From the human T2T-CHM13v2.0 reference genome, Homo sapiens, in the NCBI RefSeq assembly GCF_009914755.1, contig NC_060943.1: a DNA stretch of 64,000 bases. One strand, given 5' to 3'. Within the stretch, counting starts at the first letter, position 1; each line of letters opens with the position of its first letter. Below are positions 48,076 through 60,437 of the stretch, piece after piece. The translations under genes were made by a program, and so were the position numbers. A model generated the notes under the pieces. It made no database searches. It saw nothing but the letters and a program-made list of their open reading frames with translations, and was not told the origin of the DNA.

Positions 48076-49834
48076 AAGGCAAAATGCTAAGTAAGGTGTC
48101 CAGCCCTTCTGGAGTATTTTCTCTCCAGACTATAGAGAAACCTGTATTGTAGAGAAAGCACACACCATAAAATTTAACTATCATAAGCCTGATGTGAACT
48201 CCTAATTGCCACTAAGAAGAAGGAAATTATAAATCATGTGATAGAAATATATGACCACATATGCAGAGATGCACACTTCCGGATACAGTTGAATGAAAAA
48301 TTCACAGAATCCACGTCAGAGGTACACCACCCCGCCCTCCCCACTTGGTCCTTTGTCCTTAATCTCTTCTGAAGTAAGAGAACGAAGACTGTTGTAAATT
48401 TCACAAAATAGGGAAGTGTACAAATCTCCTGTCACCTGGCTGTTTAAGCAACAGGACACTGTGCTCAACTTCCCTAGAGTTATTATCTTGGGTTCTCCAT
48501 AAAGGAATGCCATCAATCCTCTCTTCAGAGGGACCATCTAATAACATGCAAAAGGAAATGCCAATTTCACCAAAACCCAGAGGCAGGAAGGACCCTGACA
48601 GGAACAATCCCTAAGGTATTCACATGCCTGCCAGGGTCTGGTGCAGCTGGTGCAGGAGGAACTGCTGCTGGCAATAGCTGGAAAAAAAAAAAAGGGACGG
48701 CAGCTCTAACACTCAGGGGGTAGTAAGAAAGGAGCTCACTCAATTCACCTTCAGTTCTCACACAGCCAATACCCTTCCAGCCTCCCTGTGGGGCCTCACT
48801 GGGAGGACTGGCACATAATTAAATGCCAATACATGGGTAAAATAATTTACAGAAGGGTGGGATCAACTGGGTCAGAAAAGGTTGAAGATTTCACAAAACG
48901 GGAAGGATTTGGGTTAGGCCCCGAAAGACTCAGCCTTAAGAAAGCAGACACAAAGAGAAACAGAAGCCCAAGAAAAGCATCTAGCCTTCCTGGCCAATTT
49001 TCTATTCAGACTTCAGAGAGACCTTTATCGTAGTGAAAGCAAATGTCATATAAATTTACTATCCTAAGCCTGACATGAGCTCCTAATTGCCACAGATGGG
49101 ACGGAAATTATGAATCGTGTGATAGAAATACACAACGCACGCAAAGATGCACACTTTGCACCACTCTGGATGCACAAAGATGCACACAGGCCCCACTGGA
49201 GATGCTAGTTTTGAAGAAGGTCCCAGGAAGAAGAGTGGGTTTGCAGATGTTATTTTATTTGCTCTTCTCAAACACCATATGGGGATATTTCACAAGGAGG
49301 ATTCTCGTCCTCAGAAAGGGGAAGTAACTTGCCAAGGTTGTTGGTGGATGTGGGATTAGAACCTCAGTGAGTCTAACACCGGAGCCCATGCCACCACCAC
49401 TACCACCGAGAGCCCTGAACAGGGTATGTGTAGGGAACAGGTAGGAGCAGAGAGAGTTAAAGCAGAAAGAAACCATTTTAAAACAGGGAAGTTAGGTAAG
49501 CTTGCTAAATGGGGATCATATGTTGCAGAGGCATGAACACTAGACAGTCGTGTGAACTTGATCTTCTGATTACAGAAAAGACAAGACAAAAGAGGGTGTG
49601 AAAATGGGGTTCTGGGTTCCTAAGCTAAAGAGATGCCACCAACAACAGTGAAGGAGCCATGAGATGTGTGGAGAAAGAACTGGATGGAGAAGCTGAAGCC
49701 CTGAGTTTAAATGCAAAAAGTCATAAAGTAAGGGCATGGCTGTGGAGGGCAAGTTATATTCTCTCTCTGCAGTTTGGTCTCTCTTCATCTATAAATCACA
49801 TGGAGTGAGAATTAATGTCTAAATGACCCTCAAC

Positions 49835-49992
49835 CCTTGCTACTCAAAGTGTGGCCCACCAACCAGCAGCAACAACATGTCCAAAAGCTCCTCAGAAATG
49901 CAGAATCTCAGACCCCACCAGAAGGATCAGAATCCGTATTTTAACAAGAACTTGGGGTGACCTGTGAGCACATTAAAGATTGTGAAGCAGTT
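49835..49992. mobile_element. MER5A-like DNA transposon
   Basis: tgctactcaaagtgtggccc...agaaatgcagaatctcagacccca...ttttaacaaga. Confidence 0.7.
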
Positions 49993-51015
49993 CTCCGAAA
50001 TGTCTTCCAGTTCTAAAATGCAGTGATTTCACACTCATCTGAACTTTGTCACCTCACAGGAGAAAGAAGGAAAATGGCATTTACATTTTACCTCGTTCGT
50101 GACCTTTTCTTAATCCTAACAGCCTCTTAGACTCGCCCGCATCTGGGTAGAGGTTTTAGAAAACACCAGAGAGGCAGGGCTGCCACCTTGTGACTATCAT
50201 CAGGAAACGCACTTAACTCTTAACCAGTCTCACCAGTCAAGGACGGGACGGGGCTGGAGCAGAGAGGGTATACGGGATGAACTCCAAGTCACAGATGAGA
50301 TAAGGGAGTTATAACCACCCACAAAGGCTGGAAGTAACTGTCAGAGGGGGCTCAGCCTGCATCATAAAGCAATGTCCCCTTGCAAAGGACAGTTTTTATA
50401 ATACTTACTATGTGATATCAGTAGGAAATGGTTCCAGGTCAAGCTCTGCCCTTGTAACCTTAAAACTTACTCTAACAGGTATTTTCAACATCAGCCTCAG
50501 CCTGAACTCTGCCAGTAAACTTGTAACTTTCCAAGGAAACTTACTCTACTGTAACAGTTCTTTTTCATCCGGAGACAAAATGTATCTGATTCGCAGTCAC
50601 CGATCCTCACACTACTCTCTGTAGGCTGAATAAGTCTAACAGCTTTTCATACAACTGACCTTCAAATATTGGTTAAGAAAAAAACAAAACCACCATGTGC
50701 TGCCCATACCACCATTCCTTGGCCGTTTCCCATGTGGGGTCACCTGAAGCCCCACACCCTCTGATCACGTTCCAATGGGCAAGTGAAGTGCAGTAACAAC
50801 AACAGACACTCTGAATCCTAGGAGTGTCCCCAGAGCAGCAGAGCCACAGGACCCCCGTCCCCGTCCTGGCGCCTCACCGCTACCTAGAAGCCAAATGCCA
50901 CATCAGCTGATCTGGGGACGCTGACTTCTCCTGCTTATGCCACTGCTCAGTCATCCCACACCTGTGCAGGTGTCTACTTTTTATTCAGTTTTATTTGTAA
51001 GAAATATTTATCTGA

Positions 51016-51516
<501 letters not shown>

Positions 51517-54419
51517 TTATAGGAGCCTGCTGTGTACTGTCACTGGAGAGACAAAGGTGAATCACACCCGGTCCCTGGCTTGCAGAGCTCCAGGCTATGG
51601 ACGGAACCCACTCAAAGTCAGACCATTACTATTCAGTGAGAAACACCGTGACAGGCATCAGAAAAGGGTTTTCTGACCCATCTCACCAATGCCCTGTGAA
51701 AAATCTGCTGTTGGTTTTCTGGGCTCAGTTTTTCTCATTTCAAGTTCAGAATGAAAAAGAGAATGTAAATGTCCCTGATGGTCCTTTGTGCGGTCACAGC
51801 TGTACCCGGCATGTCCTCCCAGTTAATCCAGGGTGCTCAGGGCTCCCACTTCACTCTGAGCGTCCTCTTTCCTATCGGAGCTCACCACGTCTGCACCTGC
51901 AGCAGCCAGGTGGCTGCACACTAATAGAAAATCCAGCAAGTCAGAAAACTTGATTTACTCCTGTAAATTTGAGGCCAGTGACCTTGTGACATTGAACTAC
52001 TCCTATAACTTCCCTGCACTTTAATTTCCATGTCTGTAAAGTGGGGCAGGTGGATTCGGTCACCCTAGGTGCAGCTATATAGTGAGAGCTCCTGAGAGAC
52101 AGCAGCACATCTGATCTTCTCGCATCCACCATCTAGCAAATACCAGGCACACACTAGACGCTCAAAGCCTCACTGAATGTGTGTGTGAATAAATGACTAT
52201 ATGAGAGCCATGTGGATCATGGACAAAGTCAATAAATATTTTTGAACATCTACCAAGTACACTGTAGAATAGGGAAATAAGTAACCCAGGCAGGGTGGTG
52301 TTTTCTCCTAACTTCCCCTGACCACCTTCCTGGAGGTGGGAAGGACTCTGTACATCAGGGAGACTCTTGACACAAATAATGTTCTTGAGATGCATTGCAA
52401 GAAGTCATGTTAACAAGAGGAAAGTCCATTTGTCTTGGGGGTGTTTTAGTCAATGGATCTGAAGGACCCGAAGCCCCCTCTGATGACACACAGGGTGCAA
52501 CACCCACCCTAAGTTCATGGAGGGGAAACCAGATGGAGTGAGTTGACAGGGAGCAGGACCTGGAAGAACAGGGGGTAAAGAGACTGAGGCACCCGGAGGG
52601 AGGTCTGAGGAGTTGCTCCCAACCCCTGCGGTGGCCTCGGTGTGGACTGATGCAGAACTCAGCAGCATAAGTAAGTAAAGTGGCCGCACCAGGCTCTATG
52701 CATACATGGGACCATTTTTCAGTAAGATTTTCTTTCTGCTAATGGGCTTCACTTTTGCCCACTTTCTAACACATCAGGACAAGTTAATAGGTTACAAACC
52801 ATCATTCCATTCAGCAGTCATTTATAGAATACTCCCAAAGTGCCAGGCCCTGTGTGAGTTCAGGCAATACAAAAATGAACATAAAAGCTCCTGTCCTCTA
52901 AGATCCCCATCCAATGAGCTCCAGGGAGCACCTCTCCTACAACACGCCCCTGCTCTGCACGGCCCTCCTCTCTGCCCTCCACCAACCCAAATCCTCCTCC
53001 ACCTCCAGCTCAAGTTCCACCCAACCAAGTCCCTCTCAGTCCCCCTGCACTCCTGCCACTTTGAGAGATGACTGCACTCATATCTCTAGGTTTTATGAAG
53101 TGGATGTCATCTCCCTGGTTAGACTTGAGCCTCCTGAAGGCAGAGACCATTTTTAGAATTTTCCAGAAAAAAAGCCACATCAGTAATTTGCATCAGAACA
53201 AGCTTAGACTCTGCTCAAGCCTTCAACTTAGACAGAGACTCCACTGCCTAGCACAGTCCCTGGTCCCTGCAGTGCTTTATAAACCCTGCAGTAGCAAAGT
53301 CCACAATCAACTCGTGTGTCAGTCAACAGGCTGGGATAAGTTGAAAATGCAGACAGAGAAGAACAGTCAAACAAAAATCAAAGGGCTTTGACTCATGCCT
53401 TGCCTCTTCCCTTTTCTCAGGGAAACAAAGTCACACCCCCTGCTCTCACTCCTGCCTGGAGGCTTCCAGGGAGGGCTCCCTTGTTAGCCTTCCCTTCAGC
53501 CCCCATGAATATCACCCAGCATTCAAGCCCAGCCTCTCCTCTCCCTTTGAGCACATTTCCTAAAGTCTCAAATAAATGTCAAGTTTAGTGAGTGCTGATA
53601 TTCTATGCCCCTAATGTTTACTTCAAGTATTATTACCTTTCTTCTTTTGCCCGGGGCCATTTCCAAACAAGGGCTGGAGCCAGGCGCCCCAGCAGCTGGG
53701 CAAACACACTTCAGGGCTCCTTCCCTCCTGTGGCTCCTGTTTCTCAAACCCTCTGGGACCTGCAGCTCTGGGGGTCTCTTCCCCCAACCCAGTTCCCTCC
53801 CCTTTAGACCAGAACAACTAAGCCATGGCCACCTTCCCGATGGACACACAAGGAGGCCTGGTGTCACCCACTGCTCCAGGGGCGGTGTTCTCGGCAGGGG
53901 AGCTGCCTCTTGTCCCGGATCCTGCTCTGCTGCCACCTTATGTGGCTGCAGAATTGGAGGGAATTGTGAACAGAGAGAGGACAGGGCAACTTCCCAGGCA
54001 ACAACACTACTATTGCCAATATTTTGCCAAGGATGGGAGCAGGAGCACAGAGGGAAAACAGACCTTGTCAACGTCTCCTCCACCAACACATAACACCCAC
54101 TTTCCTGCCAAATACTCAGATAGAGAAGGTCACTGAAAGTACAAGAAAATTCAAATGAGAAAAAAGACTTGAGGAAGAAACCATGAGGCATTGGGGTGTG
54201 GGGAGGTGGGAAGGAGTACAGGAGAGAACTGGCATGGCTGCCAAGTTGTCAGTCACCTTCTTATGTTCTTAAGAATGCTGCATTTCTTTTGTTTGACCAG
54301 TTTCACTTCCCAGATTCCCGTAAAGCACATGGTCTAATCTGTTACCTAACAGCAGGAAAGCATGATCTCACCTGTTCTTGCCCTCAAGTAGGAACACTGC
54401 CCTGGGACTATACTGCAGA

Positions 54420-54586
54420 CCACCAGGCTGAGCCATCCCCAGAGGTCAGGAGCTTCCAACCGGGAACCTTTCATACACTCTTCAAGCAACGTACAGCTCC
54501 ACCGACAGTCACAATAAAAATTCTAATATCTTCCCTCCTCCTGTTGCTGATGTCCATGGTCTCTAGCAGCCTGAATCCAGGTAAAT
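54420..54586 (+). pseudogene. CXCL17 exon 1 relic (5' UTR + signal peptide), start codon ATG>ATA, 12-nt deletion
   Basis: 54514-54580 translates IKILISSLLLLL----MSMVSSSLNP(G) versus CXCL17 MKVLISSLLLLLPLMLMSMVSSSLNPG; phase-1 donor CAG|gtaaat intact. Confidence 0.88.
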
Positions 54587-54980
54587 AAGACTGTCTATGA
54601 AGGGGAAAACGGGGGGAGGAAATGGAGCAAAACAGGCCACAGGTGCATCAAAATGTAGCCCTTTCAGCTACAGGGATTGGGAGCAAGTGAGCCTTTTTCA
54701 GTGCCAGTTTCCTCATTTACTGAAAGGAGCAAACTGTACTTACATCTAGTGTTGTGAGGGTTAAATGAGATATTGTATGTGAAAGTGTCTGCAACTACAG
54801 CTGGCAGATATATACATATGTACATATTGGTTCAACGAATATTTGCTCCCATGCCTTCACCCCCAAGCCTTTTCCAGAAGAGTAATGCATTTCCCCAGGG
54901 TCAAACTTGGTGGCAGTAGTGGGAGGGTATTGAAGGCAACCATATATTTATAAAAGATAAGGAACTCTTTGCTTATATTC

Positions 54981-55205
54981 TTTTTTTTTTTTTTTAAAGA
55001 CAGGATCTTACGCTGTCGCCCAAGCTTGGAGTACAATGGTGCAATCATAGCTCATTACAGCTCAAACTCCTGGGCTCAAGCAGTCTTCCTGCCTCAGTCT
55101 TCCAAGTAAGTAGGGCTAAAAGTGTGCACCACTCTGCCTGCCTAGTTTTTCCTTTTTTTTTTTTTAGAGTCAAAGTATCACTATGTTTCTCAGTCAGATC
55201 TCAAA
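54981..55205 (-). mobile_element. Old partial Alu
   Basis: Poly-T head and diverged right arm. Confidence 0.8.
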
Positions 55206-56181
55206 CTTTGCTTGTATTGTTTATATTCTTTAGAGTGCACCAAGCATGACATACTTTAATGCTATTCAATGGTAGCTAATAAACGGAAGAAAATCCTATC
55301 ACCAGGTAGTGTCCGTATTTGAAGCTTTAGCCACACCAAGCCCTGCTGCAACAGTGCACCATTTGGGTAGCAGACCTTTGGCTAAGGCTTTCTAATCTGC
55401 TCCAGTTTTCACTACAACCAAAGTGGCCAAGCCCTTTGCAAAGAAATCATGCAGAAGACAGCTTAGCCCCATGTATATTTCCACTTGGGAGCACCATCTC
55501 CCCAAGGGCCACTTTGAGGTGAAACAGCTTTGTTACATACTCAGCGTCAACTTGGTCCTAAAATCAGGAGATGTTCAGCCTTCTCCACTCCAATTTCCAA
55601 TGTTCCTTGCTTTGTAGAGAGAGCGCTCTGGAAGCTGCTGAGCCCCATAGCCCTGGGGCCTAAACCACCATTCAGGAAGGGAAGGTTTTTCCATCACTGT
55701 GACAGACACCCAGGCCAGAGTCCTCAGCCTAGACTAAAAGGTCTAGCCCCAACCTCCGTTTCCAGTGCAACCCCCTCCACTCACTAAAAATTACTCTCTC
55801 TCCACCCAAACTAGACTGTTTGCCCTTCCCTGAACAGGGCTTGTGTTTTCCCACCAGTTCAACTTTGCAGATACACTCAACTCAAAAACCATCTTCCCAC
55901 AGGCCAGACAAGTGCTCAGCTCCTCCCACACCCAGACAATCACTCTCCATCCTGAAAGCTGGCTTAGCCCTACTGGACTCTCTCTTCTTGCACTTATCTG
56001 CTGCCTTATATTGAAGACCTTCCTGTGTCTCTCCTGCCTCCACCCACTACCCTTCGAGGTTGCAGCCTCCTTGGCAGCACAGACTGGTGCACTGTTTCCA
56101 TATCCCTCATGCTATCCAGCTCAGCACTCAGCAACCATTAGCTAACCGCACGAATGCGTCCTCAGGTTTCTAAATCAAACC

Positions 56182-56412
56182 AGGGCTTCAGAGCAGCTCT
56201 ACTGACAACTGGGCTGACCGATTCCTTGTAGTGAGGGCTGTTCTGTGCATTGTGAGATGTTCAGCAGCATCCACATGCCCTCTCTCCACTACATGCCAAT
56301 AGCAGCCTTCCCCCTCCCTCAAGCACCCTCTTCCTTCATGAAAGCAAAAAATATTTCTAGATATTGCCAAATGTCTCCTTGAGGGAAACCACCCCTAGTC
56401 GACAACCATTGC
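56182..56412 (+). mobile_element. MER20-like DNA transposon
   Basis: gggctgttctgtgcattgtgagatgttcagcagcatcc...atattgccaaatgtctcctt. Confidence 0.78.
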
Positions 56413-56726
56413 TTTATACCAATAGTTCTCCACCTGGCCCACACATTTACACTTATCTAGGCATTTACCCTCAGCCTGGAAGTCAGGGGGGCCTAGATCC
56501 AAATCCTGGTTCTGTCACTCCCTTTGCAACCCTGGACAAGTCGCTTCATTTTTTTTCTAGCCTTTTTATCGTCTTAAGATGAATAAATACCACTGTTCAC
56601 ACAGACTTGTTGTGAAGATTAGATGAACCTCAGTGTAACCTGGAAAGGGTTCAATAAATGGACTGAATGGAATTTCTAAAGTCGCTCCTAAAGCACTAGG
56701 GTGAGGAACTGGGGAAAGCTCGCTGC

Positions 56727-56742
56727 GCCGCCAGGGGGCGCC
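56727..56742 (+). promoter_or_regulatory. Candidate CTCF site in a small CpG-rich patch
   Basis: gCCGCCAGGGGGCGCc, consensus core. Confidence 0.7.
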
Positions 56743-56891
56743 ATCACAAACCACCTCGGTGGGTGGCGCCGGGCTCGAGCTTTGTTTCCCAGCCAAGTAG
56801 TTTGTAATGCGGGCCTGACTCTGAGCTACTTAGTGGCTGGAAGAAATAATAGCCCCTCCATTCCCAAAATAAATCTCAAAATAAAATCTAA

Positions 56892-57202
<311 letters not shown>

Positions 57203-57486
57203 GCATTGTTTATTATGTCGCTGATATTGTCCCAAATTTGGCCATTGGGAGTTCCTTCTAGTTGGTTTCTGTGACTTTTGACACAACCCCATCATTTTTC
57301 AAGCAGTTCCTTACTTCTGGCCCCACAGAATGTTTACTTCTGGCCCCACAAGGCTCCTCTTGTGCTTTCTTGCCCAGCCCTGGATCAGCTATTTCTCCAG
57401 GGACCCCTGGTTCCTTTCATGGGAAAATGATGTTTACAGACCATGGGCACCCATATGCCCATTGCTAGTAGGTGCCGGTGCTTCTA

Positions 57487-57502
57487 TGCCCTCTAGTGGT
57501 CG
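57487..57502 (-). promoter_or_regulatory. Candidate CTCF site
   Basis: Reverse complement cgaCCACTAGAGGGCA. Confidence 0.6.
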
Positions 57503-58459
57503 GAGCTGGGAAATAACACACCCACACTAGTGTACTGTTACCCACATTTCACAAATTAGGTAAATGAGGCACAGAAAGTTAGACAACTTGACCAACATCA
57601 CAGAGAAAATAGGTAGTAGAACTGGAAAACAAAAATAATGACAGATGCACAAGTCCTAACAAGCAAAAGTAACTTCTTCACACATGCATGTTAGCAGAAA
57701 GCCACAAGCCCAATATTCCAGCATAGACACTCTCTTTGGAAAATAACCAGAATTCCACAGCAATAAACACAATGATAACCATCACGTACTCAACACCCGC
57801 CTGGACACTGGGCTCCCACATATTCCCAACAACTCTGCAAGGAGGATTTTACCATCCTCCTTTTACAAATCAGGGAATCAAGGATCATAGAAGCCAAGTG
57901 ACTTGTCCAAGTCAACATAGTTAAGTGACAGAACCATTAGCTGAGCCCAGGTCTATATCTGGATATAAATTCCATGCTTATGCCACTATATAAGCGTTTC
58001 CCAAAACTGATTTTAGGTGAAACATAAATAAACTTTTAAGTTTAACTGTGTTTATTTTAACGCATGACAGGAAAAAAAATTAAGCACACATCAAATCTCT
58101 GATTTCATGGACAATATTGCATAAGACAAAAATATTTTGTCTTCAGTTCCTGGCCTCAAGCCATCCTCTCACCTCAACCTCTTGAGTAGCTGAGATCACA
58201 GGTGTGAGCCACCAAGCCCTGCTAAGACAAGGATGTTTTGTAAACTAAATTTAATTACAAAAAAAGTATGAAGTAAATAATAATAAAGGTGGTAAAGCTG
58301 TAGAGAAAATCATAAAGTTGGTCTAGAAATGTCTGGGGTCTGGATGACATAATACTACAGCATCATGCAGCTTCATTCTCAGTTACTCCCAGGAAATTAG
58401 AGTCACATAACACTGCAGAAAGAACAATTCAGAATCTTAGACCCGGGCTTTAGCCCTGG

Positions 58460-58995
58460 ATGTGTCCACTCCTAGGACCCCAAACATCTCTGTGACCTCC
58501 TTGCTGGGGGTAAATCCAACCTTCCCAGACGTGTGAGAACACTAGGAACATCCTGCACACATAGAGGGGTTTCTCTGTCACAGAGAAAATAACACCAGGT
58601 TTGAGGACCCCAGGGACTCTCTGTGTGGTGCTGACAGACCCAAGGCCCAGACACAGCAGAGGTCCGTGCTGGGGAGAGCGGGTCGTCCTGTTATGGAACA
58701 GGGGTCCAAACAAGCTTGCTTCTCAGAGCATCTTCTGGGGAACTGAATATAAACAGAAAGGGAAGAGGAGGAGGGACAAAAGAGACAGAAATGAGAGGGG
58801 AGGGGATAGAGGATTCCTGAACAGAGACCGCACCCATGACCCACGTGACCCTGGGAAATGCTTCTATCCCTGAGAGGAGGCTCAGCACAGAAGGAGGAAG
58901 GACAGCAGGGCCAACAGTCACAGCAGCCCTGACCAGAGCATTCCTGGAGCTCAAGCTCCTCTACAAAGAGGTGGACAGAGAAGACAGCAGAGACC
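58460..58995 (+). promoter_or_regulatory. CEACAM6: CEACAM6 promoter and 5' UTR; E-box CACGTG at 58842-58847
   Basis: Paralogous to the CEACAM5 promoter. Confidence 0.85.
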
Positions 58996-59059
58996 ATGGG
59001 ACCCCCCTCAGCCCCTCCCTGCAGATTGCATGTCCCCTGGAAGGAGGTCCTGCTCACAG
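58996..59059 (+). CDS. CEACAM6: CEACAM6 exon 1 coding part (leader)
   Basis: MGPPSAPPCRLHVPWKEVLLT; 64 nt; donor CAG|gtgagg. Confidence 0.97.
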
Positions 59060-59808
59060 GTGAGGGGAGGACTCCCTCGGAGTGGATGGGAGGAGGGAGC
59101 ACAGAGACTGGCTAGGGTCTCCTGGGGAGGACAAGGCTCTGAGAGGAGACAGAGGGCTTTTGTTGAAGCCTGAGGAAACAGAACACCAGAGAGGGACAGG
59201 GGTCACAACAGGAAAGTCACACTAAACTGGGATTGATAAAAAGGGAGGAAAATCAATTGATCATGTTTTCCAAGTTAATCATCATTTGTCATTACCATTT
59301 GAAAAAAAAGAAAAATGATAGAAATCAGAACTGCATTAGGATGACACTCCAAATAAAAATATAACAAGGAAACTAAATGCTGCCCTTACTCACCAATCAG
59401 AAGTTGAAAAATAACCACCAGATACACTCATTAACTCATCCACAAGCATTTGCAATCAATTTTAGTCAATGGCATACAACAAGCATCAGACAAGTCTCAG
59501 TCATCACAGAGCTTATGCTGTCATGAAGAGGAAAACACACACACAAAGAGATATAGAATGTGAGGTCAGGTGTTGACAAGAGCCCTGGAAGGAACAGAGC
59601 AGGGAAAGGTCAGAAAGAAAAGACCCAGGGTCTGTAGAGGGGGTGTCAGGGAAGGGATCTCCCAAGAATGCCCTGATGTGAGCAGGACCTGAGGCCAGTG
59701 GGGAGGGAGCCATGCAGACCCCTGGGGAAGAGCATTCCACACAGGGAAATGCCAAGGTCAAAGGTGCTGAAGGAATGGGGGTGTCACACTGCTGACTTTG
59801 ACTCAGTA

Positions 59809-59810
<2 letters not shown>

Positions 59811-59846
<36 letters not shown>
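59811..59846. repeat. (AC)18 microsatellite, CEACAM6 intron 1
   Basis: Direct reading; same position as the CEACAM5 copy. Confidence 0.97.
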
Positions 59847-59849
<3 letters not shown>

Positions 59850-59915
59850 CCAACGTGGAGGGGTGAAGAGACCTGCTCAGGACCCAGGGCCCTGTTTTTC
59901 CACCCTAATGCATAG

Positions 59916-60437
<522 letters not shown>

